Assembly: GCA_965644295.1 (NCBI GenBank)
Contig: CBFFRP010000234.1
Span: 186,001 to 250,000 of the forward strand
DNA: 64,000 bases
Reading direction: 5' to 3'
DNA from: Paraphysomonas bandaiensis
Lineage: Eukaryota > Protista > Chrysophyceae
Shown: piece after piece, positions 35,468 through 48,919 of the stretch
How the letters are laid out: each line of letters begins with the position of its first letter
Position numbering within the stretch: the first letter of the stretch is position 1
Translations under genes and position numbers: made by a program
The notes under the pieces: generated by a model
The model's database searches: none
What the model was told of the DNA's origin: nothing
Seen by the model: the letters and a program-made list of their open reading frames with translations, nothing else

Positions 35468-36786
35468 ATACCCATGACAAGGTAGTTGACACCGGTATTA
35501 TGAGGTAATATATATGAAAAAGTACTATGAAGGAAGGAGTTATGTACGAGTAGCATACCTGGATATCTGGATACAGTATGTTGTAGGATATATACGGACC
35601 TAGATGGGCAGCAAATGAGAATGGATTAATGGAGTCAGTGGGGTCAGTAAGCCCGTAAAGTATGATCTCTTGTGTATATGACTCACGCAACTGTTCTAGA
35701 TTATATACTGTGGGAGTGGTCATCTTGTTCAGTGCGACACATGTATGGCCCACACAACACTAATATCGGTGGATGCGAATACCTTACTTCAGGCTGTTAT
35801 TATATATAAGTATGTCGATATTCTCTGTTTTTCATCCTTGGCAGCTTTTGCCAGTGCTTATGTACTTATTATATGCAGATTAGTTGTCTTTATACGCATA
35901 GATTCTTACCAGCAAAGCATCTATTACACAACACTTATTCGGGTATAAGGCTGTAAGACGATTGAAGGCGTATATGACGATTCATTGGCGGAGATATATA
36001 AGTCGCCAATATATCAAAAAATCTCTCCTACCGCATGACTAAAATTATTCGTATGAACACCAGTGTTCTTTACAAAGCTATTTACAACGTTTTATGGATG
36101 TGAATACTTGTCGTTCTGTCGACATATCTGTGAAGTCAAAAATTCATCTAGATTGATTTATATTGATTTTGACGCGTGTGTCATCACACGAACATAATAA
36201 CCATACATGAAACTCTGAGTAGTCAAGTGCTGCTGTAGTATTTTAGTGTGGCACACCACTATTGTTAGAAAATCAGAAGGCTGTCATACAACTGTAAACC
36301 GGGAAAACCCAGATTCATAACCATCTGACAATATATTAGGACAACAGAAGTTTAAAGTACAGCCAGTAGAGTGGCAATGCTTTAAAGGGATATACAATTA
36401 CTAGATTTATGCCTACAGTTGAAGACTATTTAAGAATAAATAATCATAGTTGCGACTGCTATTATATAGGATATAGTTTACGAAATACTCTAGTATGATC
36501 GCTCTATTCGTATAATATACCAACGCTCCATTTTATTATATATGTGACTATAAAATTCTACAGACAAAACTGATGTTTCCACGCATTCCTTACGGATTAT
36601 ATCGAGGAATTAAGGCTTAATAACGTCGCTTTTGAGGTATAAATAAGTGCAACAACGTATAGTTATTAGGCCTATTGGATTTACACGTGGATGGAACAAA
36701 AAAACATGCATATATGCGTGTACATTACGAGACACCAGCATTTCCGATCAATCATATGTCGTTATTGTATCAACATCAGTCATCAG

Positions 36787-38146
36787 TCATATGTGCTTGT
36801 AGAAGTCGGCGATGGCAGTGGCCACATCCTCGAACTTTTCAAATATAGGATTGTGCCCACATTGCTGAATGGCTATAATCTCAGCACTAGGAAAAGAGTG
36901 CTCTAGGGTGGCGAGAGCCTTTCGAAGTGGAAACATGTTATCGTTGTTTCCCCAAAGAATAAGGACAGGCCGATCTCTACGGCCAGCCACGGCGAAGAGA
37001 TCCCCCATTCCAGACAGTGGGAAGTATCTGTACGTCGAGAGGATAGCACCCATATAACCCGGTGTATTATTGAGTTGCCATTGCACCATATGCATCTGCT
37101 TGTCGATTAGTGACCTATGCTCGGTGTTGTCGGAGGTGTCGAAAAAATACTCTAATTGACTCTCCGCCATCTTCGACCGGCGTTTAATCATAACAAGTTC
37201 TCCCAAACACTTACGCTTCAAAATTTTGTACCTGTAGTATAGTCGTAACTAAACGAAAACAGCAAATTAAAACTGCACCTCGCAGGATTCTTCATTCGCA
37301 CTCCGGCTGAGTCGATGAGACAGAGACTCTTGCAAAGGTGTGGGAACTTTACTGCAAACCCTGTGGCTACAGCCCCTCCAAGACAGTACCCAAGTAAGTG
37401 AACTGGGGATCCGCTCAAGTTGAGTGCGTCTAATAGCTCCTTCAGCTGAGTTACATGGACATCTAGGGTGCAAGGGAACCCGCTCCACGGCGACCTATAC
37501 AGTCGTGTCATATTCATCATAACGTGTCAAAAACGGCAGGTGATCAAATATATACATACATAACACACCACGTAAAAATATGTATATATAACGTAACTAA
37601 CCTTCCCCTGCCATAGAAGTCGAACACGAGTACACGCGCAGTTGGCCCGGCATCCCCACAGGACAGCACCTCTGCTACATCCTCCCATATGTAAGAGCAG
37701 TCCGTGAGACCATGCAGACATACTATCGTCGGGGCATCCACTACATTTCCATTCTCGTCGTACTTTTCCTCTGGTTCAATAACTTTATATGCAGTGTTTC
37801 CCCGAGAGAGGTGGACCAGCACGTTAGCTCCAAAAGAGTGGTCGGGTGACTCTCCATCAGTCTGATGGTACTGAGAAGGCTGACGATGACCATGCAACTG
37901 ACCAAAACTATTATGGCTGGAGGAGTCATCGTCCGGCTGGTCATCAGCGTCCTGCATATCGTCCCTCTGGTCCACATACAAATCCGAAGCCCGGGCAAAA
38001 TTCGCATCCTGAACAACATTTCTATCCGGCTTCTTTGTGCGAGAGGCCGTAGGAGGGATGGTGAGATTCACGTCATCTGTGGAGGCCCCGCGACGGTTGT
38101 CTTGCCACTGCTGTAGAGCACTATCTATATCGTTGTCTGAGCTCAT
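36787..38146 (-). CDS. Alpha/beta hydrolase fold protein with acidic disordered N-terminus
   Basis: PTIVCLHGL, VFDFYGRG|RS, HLLGYCLGG, PVLILWGNND, CGHNP; three exons joined by GT-AG introns. Confidence 0.9.
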
Positions 38147-38698
38147 TACTCACGTTCACAGAAACATGGAGTGAAGTGGAAGTGAGAGAGAGAGGTGAGA
38201 TATTTCCAGGTTTAAAGGAGTTATTAGTTTAGATAGTAGAGGCCTCCCTTGGGCACGAAGTGGTACATATAGCAGTGTGGAGTACCAAACACAACAACTA
38301 CGTACACCAAGATACCATCCAGCACTGCCTACACACCCCTCCATACTCTGTATACTGCTGTATACATATACCGTACTGCTGTAGCTGTACAATGGAATAC
38401 AGTACACTGCTAGATGGGTGCTGTGAATATTTGACAAAAAATAATACTGTGATTGGTATACTGTACAGTGGTATTCCTGGTATACCATATACACCTCCGG
38501 GCTACACAACTGTTAGGTATGGGCATGCAAGTACGCATATGCGATATACAAGTATAGAGGTGTATTTGTCGTGTACGATATCGTGTTGATGTACAGTGTC
38601 CACGTACAGTACACGTACGGGTGGTTTGAAGGATACTTACTACCAGGCAGAGTGGAGTGGTGCATCAACTGCAACTCCATTGCACACATACAGTCCTC

Positions 38699-40528
38699 AT
38701 GGCGGACTTTGACGGTAGATTGGCTGCTGCAAATGCCCTCAAAGACGAAGGCAATGCTCTGCTATCAGGTTTTGAGAGCAACTGCATGGCTCTGATCAGC
38801 TCATGAGGTGTGATGTGCAGATAAGAGGTACGGAGAGGCCGCATGTAAGTACACGGAGGCGATAGAGCTGTGTCCCACAGCAGTGTTCTACTCCAATCGC
38901 GCAATGGCGATGATCAAGCTCGAGAGCTATGGTGTCGCAATATCGGATGCCAATCAGGCCATTGCACTGGACGGCAGCTATATCAAGGCCTACTACAGGT
39001 ACATGATGAGTGCTCATAGTTTAAGTCTAATGGTGTATATAGACGGGGGAGTGCAAATTTTGCTATTGGAAAAATAAAAGTGGGCGCTGTAGTGATCTGT
39101 GTATATGAGTTGATTTATTATCGTTGTCGTGTAGGAAGCACGCAAAGACTTCAAATCTGTTGTTAAGATGAGGCCCAAAGATCAGGATGCCAAGAAAAAA
39201 CTTGCAGCATGCGAGAAAGTACTTAAAGAGGAAGCATTTCTTAAGGCTATAGAGTCTGATCAGACTGTCCCTCTCTCCCAGCAAGTGCGTGTGTGACTCG
39301 AAGAGTTGTTGATTTGCGTTGATTGTTGTACTCAGATTAATATCGATGACATTTCTGTGGATGCCTCTTACACCGGCCCGCGCATTCCAGAAAATGGAAC
39401 TATTGATGTTGACTTCGTGAAGCAGATGATGGATAGTTTCAAGGAGCAGAAACGTCTCCATCGCAGGTACCTGCTCAAGATACTCTTAGACGCCAGAGAT
39501 TATCATCAGAAACAGCCCACACTGCTGCGCGTGCCTCTACCGGAGCTAAAGGGGGAAAATGGGATTGTGAAACGCGGTCACATCAACGTCTGTGGCGATA
39601 CGCATGGACAGTTTTACGACCTGTGTAACATATTTGAGGTATTCCAGCGTGCTATTTCGCATCACTTGACCTAACGAGATGGCGCTGCCTTGCCTTGATA
39701 TCTGCACAGATTGGTGGTCTTCCGTCGTCTTCGAACCCTTATATTTTCAATGGAGACTTTGTTGACCGCGGATCGTTCTCACTAGAGGTGGTGGTTACAC
39801 TGCTTGCCTGGAAATTGGCGATCCCAGATTGTCTCTATATGACTCGCGGGAATCACGAAACAAAGGGCATGAATAAAATATACGGATTCGAGGGGGAAGT
39901 CGTTCACAAATTTGATCAGGTGGCGATGGGGATATTCTCAGAGGTCTTTCAATGGCTTCCTTTATGTGCAGTTATTCATGATACAGTGTTCGTGGTGCAT
40001 GGCGGTATAAGCACTCAGAACGATGGTTGCGTTACTCTGAAGGAGATCGAAGGAATTCATCGCAACAGAGAACCCCCTGAGAGTGGACTTATGTCTGATC
40101 TGCTCTGGTCAGGTACGACGTCTTTATCTATTGGAGTACTTGTATGTGATCGAAAGTGACTAGTTTGAGTTATATAAAATATCTGCGCAGACCCGCAACC
40201 TCAACAAGGCAAAAGCCCGAGCAAACGTGGAGTGGGGTACTCATTTGGCCCCGATATCACTGCGAACTTCCTGCGCACGAATAATCTGAAGCTGTTGGTT
40301 CGATCTCATGAAGTCAAGGAAGAGGGTTATGTCGTGGAACATGAAGGAAAATGTGTTACCATTTTTAGTGCACCCAATTACTGCGATCAGATGGGCAACA
40401 AGGGCGCTTTCATTAGGTTTAGCGAGGAGAATAATATGGAGCCTGAATTCACACAATTTGATGCTGTTCCTCATCCCAATGTTCCACCCATGCACTATGC
40501 CTCCGCAATGTCGCAGTTTGGTTTGTAG
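38699..40528 (+). CDS. PPP5C: Serine/threonine protein phosphatase 5 (TPR + PPP catalytic domain)
   Basis: TPRs ALKDEGN, FYSNRA, KAYYRRG; catalytic motifs GDTHGQ, GDFVDRG, RGNHE, HGG, DLLWS|DP, RSHE, FSAPNYCD; ~7 exons. Confidence 0.97.
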
Positions 40529-40942
40529 ACGTACATACGAAAGTAGGCACTCATGAATTTGAAAGTATAATCAAAGCGTCGTGTGTATCGTATCAAAGAT
40601 ACTGCTTCTCAATGACTTTCAGCTCTACTTTATATATTTTGCGGTTAAACGTTTAAGAATTAACGTTCTTCATTAGTGGAAATGAACACGGTTCATCTGT
40701 TTGATAGAACGAACATCAGCAAAACAAGGCATATGAAATGTGTTTCTTAAACTTTCACCGTGTTTATGTACTGTTTGTACGCATCAGCTAGTATCAATAA
40801 AAATTATGTCTATGGTTTACTTGGTTATCACATAGTTGGTATAAGTGTATAAGTTAGAAGATAGCTGCCTATACCAGCAAGGCAGCTGGTTGTAATCCTG
40901 GAAAACAATGACATATGAAAGCAGTAAAAAAATGTCCATTGT

Positions 40943-41180
40943 GGGAATGGGCCCATCTTAAAAATTAAAAACTCAAAAATCCCGAAGTTAGCAGGTGTCA
41001 GCTATATCAGCATTCTGCTTGCTGGTTGCACCTTGGTACTTGCGATGACGCACAAGCAGCTTTCGTAGCGCTAAATAGGAGGATGTCAGAGTTAAGCACT
41101 AGTTAAATTGTTTTGCTACATTAGTTCTGACTCTTTCATGCCTATGATGGCTAATAATCAGATATTCACTATTAGCTATT
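40943..41180 (-). repeat. Dispersed repeat family, copy C
   Basis: Aligns with 48689-48915 and 50463-50720 (gggaatgggccca, actcaaaaatcccgaagtt, gacgcacaagcagctttcgtagcg, gttaagcactagtta, tttgctacattagttctgactct). Confidence 0.88.
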
Positions 41181-41612
41181 AGGATATAATGTATACGGCA
41201 AAAAGTCAAAGAGGAATGGCTTAATTGACATTCAAATTGACCCATGAGTTAGTTGTGTATATATAATATATTGATAATATGATGTATTATAGTACGAGGA
41301 TAAATTCGTACTACAGAAACTTTGCTTTTGTTCTTGTATATTGTAGTATAAATCCTTTGTAGAGCTTTTAGGGGAGACGAAACATGCTCTGTGAGCTGCA
41401 TTCTAGCTGAGGTGGACATAATCAAGAAAAGTGACCTTCAAGCTCTTTACTAACGCGTCAATACAATCTACTTAAGATGGATACTTAAGTTAAATGCTCG
41501 CTTGCTGATAGTATTTTATGAGAAAAGTGCGAAAAATAATTTCTAATATCAGCATCTATCAATCAGTACTACCCAGATATAGAGATCACGATTGCACTCA
41601 AGACTGAGCGCA

Positions 41613-44600
41613 CTACGTGCGAGACAATGGCTCGATAGTCACACCAGCATCACGTGCATTCGCCGGTTTGATTTTCATGTACTTGTCAACGTTCAGAAAC
41701 TCTTTCACAATGCGGCTGCCGTTATAGCTAGTACAACGATAGTGAATGTACAGTATTTACGGACATCAGGAAGCATTACCTCGTCATAATTTCCTCGTTT
41801 CCGCAGACGGCAGAAATGTAGACACTGAGAGCGTAGGCTTTCAGGTCGAGCATCTCATTTGACACAGAACGTGCATAAGATTCACTGGGAAAATGTTCAT
41901 CGACATCTGTATTACGAAACATTAGCGCCATCAAAATCACTTTTGAACATTCTACAAACCTGACTGATAGTATTTCATGAGCTTAGCTCTCATTGCCTTG
42001 AAGTCCATGTAACTCTTCAATATGGTGTACGTCCGTACATCTTTTCCAACTGCACGAACCTCCAAAACAAATTCAACGTGTCTTTTACGAACTCTTGCCC
42101 ACGAGATTACAGCCGCTGTGATACCTTGCTGCCAGTCGGAAGCAGATGCTGCGCCCCTTTTAATCTGACCAACATGTGTACTTCGCGTAGAGTAGTTCGA
42201 GCGAATTGCACTGGAGGCAGTTGCCGATGGAATATTCGTATCGATCGGGGCAGCTGTATTAAATATAGTTGACGCTTTCTGTTTAACCATTTGTGGCCGC
42301 GGCATGGGGTTAGATGACACAACAACATCAGTGTTTTCCTCGCCTCGTTGAGTTGTATCTTCACTTAAAGTAGAAGACTGTGCTCCACTGACTTTACCTT
42401 CGGAGTTATAGACATCGGCTTCATTGACCTTGGTTTCAGAACTGTTTTTTGAATATCCTTCCATATTTTCAAGAACTGATGACAACCTCTGCTTAACGGC
42501 AGCAAGTTCTTCTTTGAGTGCTTTGTTCTCTTCGCGCAAATTTTCGATGATCAGTTTCGCGTCGATGTCAATACTAGCAGTGCTGCCTAATTTATCATCC
42601 TCTGATATATGCGTTGCTGGCGATACGTTATGTAGAATCTCCGCTTCAGATATTCCGGCGTTGTTTCGTTGCGCTTCTAGTCTGAGGGCTGTATTTTCTT
42701 TCTCCAGAATCTTGCTGCTCTTCAATAATGCTTCGTTTCGTCGTTCCATAGCTTCCATCTTTTCTGATGCATCACGCATGTCGAATAGCAAATTAGGATT
42801 AGCTTTAAGCTTCTCGTCAATATCAGACTGGGATACATACAATAAATACAGTGTTATACAGAAAATATAGTTATTACCAAGAAATTGGCTTTAGCCTCTG
42901 CATCAAGGCGTCTCTTTTCCATTGCTTTCTGTCGCTGTTATATTGAAAACAAAAATAAACACATCGGGGCTTTCGAATTATAACTTACTCACCATTTTCT
43001 CTCTGAGGACGAATACTTTCATGCGGGCTGCAGTACCCCTCCACATGCATTGTAGTTTCAGAGTGAGATCAAGCATTTTAGCCTTCAGCAGGCGAGCCTG
43101 GAATCCTCTGATATGGGCCTGAATCAAAAAGCATGCGGCTACAGATTGCATATACTTCTTCCTAGCAATGTAGGACCTGTACTTCGTTTGAATAACAGTA
43201 GCGGATGAATACTTAAAGGCTTTGACGCTTTGACGGGCAACGTAGCCACGATAGCGGGCTTTCAATAAAGTAAAACCCCGAATAGTTTTTTTATATTTTG
43301 CCACAGCCAAAAACACCCGAACTCGTCGTTGTAGAACTAGAGTCGCTGCGACACAGTGCCTAGCAATCATTCGCCCTCTATGGGCAGCATACATGACAGA
43401 ATGAGCAGCAGGGACCATTGCGCTTTTCGCATTCCCCTTTCTGAGGAGCACCATCAGATGCAATCGCCTTTGCATTCTCTTTGCAATCAGAGATACTGCA
43501 CGTGCATGAAGATTCTCTAGCATCTCAAAAACAGGAGCTCGCATAAAGACCTGAGACCTACCCATTTGAAGCCCACTGAACACATCAACATCAGAAGAAA
43601 ACTTGGAGGCATCAGTCATATTGAGAACTGTGATGGTCAGTGAAACAATGTCAATGAGCATGGATGCTGACGTCCGCCATAGGTCTTCCGCTCCGGTCAC
43701 AAGAGCACGCTTAATGCACTCACTGAGATCCCGGGTGAGAGCGTTGACCCCACATACAACCAAGAATGCAGAGTATCGAGTCACGAAGAGCTTGAAGTCT
43801 AGACGATTAGGAAAGCCTGCACGAAACACCTGCACAGCACCTAGAGCACCACCACATCTAAGCTGATTCATAACCATGTCGTAGTCAAAGTGGTTAGCCT
43901 GCAGCTGGTTGTTTGGTTTTATACACCTGATAAAGTGCGATCGAGTTGAACGAATCTTAGTAATAAGATCGTTTAGCTGACGTGAGAATTGAGATGCCAC
44001 AGAGGTTGTTTTCTTTCCGACAGACACATGCAGTTTTGACGCACTCCTGCTGAAAGTTGAGGCACGATCTGGAGAAGAGTCGTGCTCTTTAGCTGCTTTA
44101 CTTTTTTTCACATGCCTCCCTTCAGACACATTCGCAATATCTCGAAGTAGATCGCATTCGGACGACTCAAAGCTAAATAAGATCTCTTGGGCGATGTCAT
44201 TGCGGTTTTTTTCAACAAATTCATTTGCACTATACCGCACATCACAGGCGAAGTGGTGTACCACAAACTCTTGGCGCCCCTGCTCAGTTTTACTTGCACT
44301 GAAGTGTGCATGAGTAGAACATTTCGCATAGAACGTCTTCACGAGCTTATCGTCAGATGGCTTCGGAATCTTAAGTTGTTCGTCACATAACAGGAACAAT
44401 CCGGTACGTTTATGTTCAAATAGCTCAAGCCTCTCTGAGTTGTCGGGGTAGTCTTTGAAATTCCACTGGATACCCTCCTCTTCGTACACCTCCTTTTCAC
44501 TCTTGAATATAGCGTAGTTGAAATGATCTTGAAGTTTCTCGTTAGCAAAGTTGATGCACAGTTGCTCGAAAGAGTTCTTTGCAAAGTACTCGAAACCAAA

Positions 44601-46126
44601 TATGTCGAGTACACCAATGAATGAGACAGATTCGTCGATGGAATCTGAGCTCAACGAAGAATTGATTTCCTGTACCATCAATCGGAAAAGCAGATCATAT
44701 AGGGTCTTTGCATACACATCTCGCGCAGCTAATGCCCCTTCTACATTAAGATTCTTTAGAATTTGATTTCCTGCAACCTTGATGCTACGCTTGGTGACAG
44801 CCTGAAGTAACGTACTTTCGTCGATCTGAAGCAGCTCGCAGATACATTTTACGTGCACCTCACTGGCATGAGAAAATACTGCAGCATCCTCCCCAACTGT
44901 AGAGGAGGCATCGAATGACAGATTTCCGATATGAAGCACTGCTATAACAGTTTTAAGTATTTCTTCTCTGCGCTCCGGTGATACGTCGATAGTTGCCAGT
45001 GCCCCCATTAGCTTACCTAAGTTATCCGCATCACTCTCCCCATCACTTCGACAGTACTCGTCACTCATATTGACATACTTAAAATCTTTGAGAGATTGGC
45101 ATCCCCACTTCACGCGCTGCTCATTTGATAGTCCTAAATATAGTCATGACTATTAAAGAGCAAAATGAAGATTTCGTTAGGGAAGAACCACCTGCAAACA
45201 CCTCGTAGAATATGTGGTAATTTCGCTCGCCACTCAGCTGGGAGGTGACACGGACTGTCTCCAGTAGGTACGTTTGAATAAAAGCACCCACAATAAACCC
45301 ATCCGTGGAGTAGCGTAGCTCGATAAATTTTCCAAACCTGGACGAGTTGTTGTTTCTGGCCGTCTTGGCATTTCCAAAGGACTCAGTGATAGGGCTGACA
45401 GCACTGACAAGGGATTGGATGTCCATTACCTCCTCATCAAGCTCAGTTGCTAACGCTGCAGAAGTCACTGCAAGGAAGCGCAATACTTGTTTGGTGGACT
45501 CAGTTTTGCCTGAAACAACGCGGCGGTGTCACTTAAACAAATCAAAAATTGTGCAATCACAACATGCCTGCCCCAGATTCTCCATTGACCAAAATCGATT
45601 GATTTTCTCGTTTGTCAGGGTCGTACTTGTCGATAAACATACGAATATAAGCACTGTTAGCAATTTGAAACACATGAGGCCCATGCTTTCTCATCGTAGC
45701 CTGATCTGACTGAAAATACTTCTGAATTGTGTCTTGTGAGTACACAGTTTTATCCAGCTCTTCAAATGGATTCACTGCTACAAGAATAGGTCCTATACTT
45801 GTGTATATTGCCTTGTCGATATACCTCAATCGAAGGCATTCAATCATTTCCGGTTCATTTAAGAACGATAGTGACGTCATATCAGTGACATCAGCCGCAC
45901 CGCTCATATCTTTATCTCTCTTCTTAACTAAATCGAATTCCAGACAGAAAGAGTCCGTTGCAGACGTTTTTATCTCAAGTGATCCGCCTGTAAGATCCGT
46001 TATGTTGAATATCCATGAACCTGTGTCGTCCTTTGAGTGGCTTGAGACGAACCCTGCGCGCCAGGGGACACTTGACTCTGATGTGAACCACACCGCTGCG
46101 TTACTCCATGGGTCATATGAGGACAT
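41613..46126 (-). CDS. Unconventional myosin: motor, IQ motifs, coiled coil, C-terminal PX-like domain
   Basis: GESGA|GKT, RNNNSSRFGKF, ERNYHIFY, DIFGFE, NSFEQLCINFANEKLQ, HFIRCIKPN; several IQxxxRGxxxR motifs; tail HVEFVLEV..YTILKSYMDFKAMRAKL..FP; last exon ends PLSRT-TAG. Confidence 0.93.
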
Positions 46127-46518
46127 TGTTAGGCTGCTGTTGGGATAGAGAGTATGGGATAGTGGGGGGGGGCTGTGTATGTATGTGTATGAGTGGATGC
46201 TCCTGTTGCTTTGTATGACTCAAGATCCTACATGCGTTCAATCATGGTATCATCTTGCTGTGTACAGCAGCAGTCTGTTGCAGTGTACGAAGTGCGGTGT
46301 TGTGATAGTATCCTGTGCAGAGTATCCTCCCATATCTTGCATACACGTACAGCAGTATGTATGCCTGGGATCGCAGAGGGTGTGGTGTGTATAATTTACT
46401 TAGAAAACACAGATATTTTAACAGAAAACTCCACTTTTCGGGAAGTGTGGAATACAGTGACAGTATACTGTCTGTATGCAGTAGTCAGGTCAAAGTATAC
46501 AGCACTATCTACAGCAGC

Positions 46519-46544
46519 TGTATGTATGTATGTATGTATGTATG
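46519..46544. repeat. Short (TATG)n tract in the myosin/GT61 divergent intergenic region
   Basis: Directly visible. Confidence 0.9.
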
Positions 46545-46658
46545 GCGTGATGTTCATCTCGCTGTCGTGTAATTTGAATCATGGCACACAGAGAGGACGT
46601 GAGCTGCTGTATGAACCACCGTATGTGCAGTGATACACTCCTATGATATAATTCCCTC

Positions 46659-48130
46659 ATGAAACACGCTCTGTTGTCTGTGTGTCTGCTGCTAGTGCAC
46701 TCGCTCAGTGTCTCTGTCTCGAGTGGTGGCTTCTCATCAGTCCCTGCTAACGGGTCCTTCTCATGTCTAGAGCTTCAAAAGTGGGCAAAGACTGAAAAGC
46801 ACTACTCGAATGATCGAAAGACATCTCTTTTTGCTCTGATGACGCCAGAGGAGTGCCTTAAACAGCCGGTCATTCGAGTGCAGAGTGTGAAATATTCACA
46901 GTACAACTCAAACGAAAAATATTTCAGTTCTGCTAAAGATAAATGCGCAGAGCATGATGAGAATGCGGTTGTTTTTCTCTCTAATTTTTCAATCAATCAT
47001 AATTTCTCACATTTTTTGCATGCGTTGCTTCGTCTGTTCTGTGCCCTTGTCGATGCACGCTACATCACTTATGATGAAAAGACTGATTCATTTGTGAAAT
47101 CAAATTACATTATTTGGATAGACGAGAATTTTAAACTATCTTCACGTGGATTTGAGTGGTTGTCTATGATGGGTCCAGTTCGTAAATTGGGAAGTCTGAA
47201 AAGGGGGACATGTGTGTCCGCCAACTCGGTGGTGTATGGAAGTGGGTGTGTCCACCTTCTTCCTCCAGAAAAGTGGTATGGCTATCCTGGATGCAGAGCG
47301 AATAAGGTGTGCATTCTGTAGACTAATGGCATGATCCCACGCCCTATACTTGCTATCTTGTTATTATGTGCAATGATTTATGCATGTTGTTGAGCAGGTA
47401 CTGCCATCTTTTGCAGCGTTTGTCAGAGCACATCATAAGATTAGCAATATTGCTCCTGTTGTGCGGGTGGACAATCGTGGTGTGGTAGACACGAATAAAT
47501 TAAGCTTGGCATTTTCAGTTCGCAAGGTGGGCGACCTTACTGGTAAAAGGTCTATTTCCAACCTTGCTCAGGTAAAGATTCTACTCTCGATAGTCTTTGT
47601 TAGTTTTAAGTCTTTCATAACAGTTACAGACCGTGCTTGACAAATCAATGAGGGTTTCCCATCAACTGAACAATATATCATTCGAAGATCTTGATGTTCC
47701 TTCAGTGGTACACCAGATGTCTCGCGTGCACGTGTTTGTGTCTGTGCATGGGGCGGGTATAACAAACACCTTTTTCATGCTTCCAGGCACGGCTGTAGTA
47801 GAAATCCTACCATTCCCTCTTTGTAACTGCCGCAGCCCGGACTACTTTTATGGCATGGCCGGGTACTATCAGGGCAGTTCAATGGCTCTGGGGCTTAAGC
47901 ACTACACTTATTGTGTACCAGCTTTTCACACAAAGTGGCACGAGAAGCCGAAAGACGCATCTCCGAATGTAAAATGCAACTGGAGACATCTGCATGCAGT
48001 AGAAGAAGTGAGGATAGATGAGACGAACTTTGCATCACTTATACGTAGTATTGAAAGAGAGCTTATAGCAGATGGTGCAGTTGAGATAACTACTCCTATT
48101 ATTAGCCTAAATCCGCATGTAAATGGGTAA
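46659..48130 (+). CDS. Glycosyltransferase family 61 (DUF563)-like protein with signal peptide
   Basis: Hydrophobic N-terminus; HNFSHFLH; VFVSVHGAGITNTFFMLPGTAVVEILP; three exons. Confidence 0.85.
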
Positions 48131-48607
48131 CGATTATGTTATTTTTAATAAGCAATCTTTATTAAACGTTGGCGAGAATATATTGAAAAGATTGCTTTAC
48201 TGACATTCATCAACATAATAAGTTTGAACCCTGTAAATAATTTGGCGATATGTCTACTATCTACTACTCGAGATATAATATTACGCCGTCAACATATAGT
48301 AAACACTCGAATGTGTAGTCTACAAGCAAGTTGTACTGAATGCTGAATTACAGTGGGCTATTTAAAACAATTTAGCCTGCTGTGTTTCAATCAATAGAAA
48401 AGAATGAACATAGCACTTTGGAGGCATTAGAAAATCGTTAATTATTATTATTTACTCGTGGTTTTCTGGGAGATCAGTACCGGTATCTCCTGAAAACTAA
48501 CGTGATCCGCATATATAGTCAGCGGATATCGTTCTGCTCACTCGAAGTCAAATGCTTGTGTGATACAACAAGGGACACTGATTAGTGTCACTTGTGTAGA
48601 CGTCTTT

Positions 48608-48915
48608 GCCCTTGACGAATAAACAAGCGGAATGGCCCCACCTTAAGGGCATCCGCGGTATTGGGCTGCCTTCTGAAGTCAAGTATCCGGGAATGGGCCC
48701 ACCTTAAGAACTCAAAAATCCCGAAGTTTGCAGATGTCAGTGTGTCAACATTCTGCTTGCTCACTGCGTTTGCCTTGAGTAATAGAGCGAAAGTTGTTGC
48801 CCCTCGGTGCTTGCGGTGACGCACAAGCAGCTTTCGTAGCGTTAAATAGTAGGGTATCATAGTTAAGCACTAGTTAGTTAAATTTTTTTGCGAAAAATTC
48901 TCTGCCCTACGATGG
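48608..48915 (-). repeat. Dispersed repeat family, copy D (longest)
   Basis: Matches copies A, C and E; contains an internal duplication ggaatgg(c/g)cccaccttaag at ~48629 and ~48690. Confidence 0.88.
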
Positions 48916-48919
48916 CAAA

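Noticed and set aside
35430-35753. 107-aa ORF upstream of and overlapping the tRNA
   Set aside because: Runs into the tRNA gene, has no recognisable domain and no supporting exon structure.
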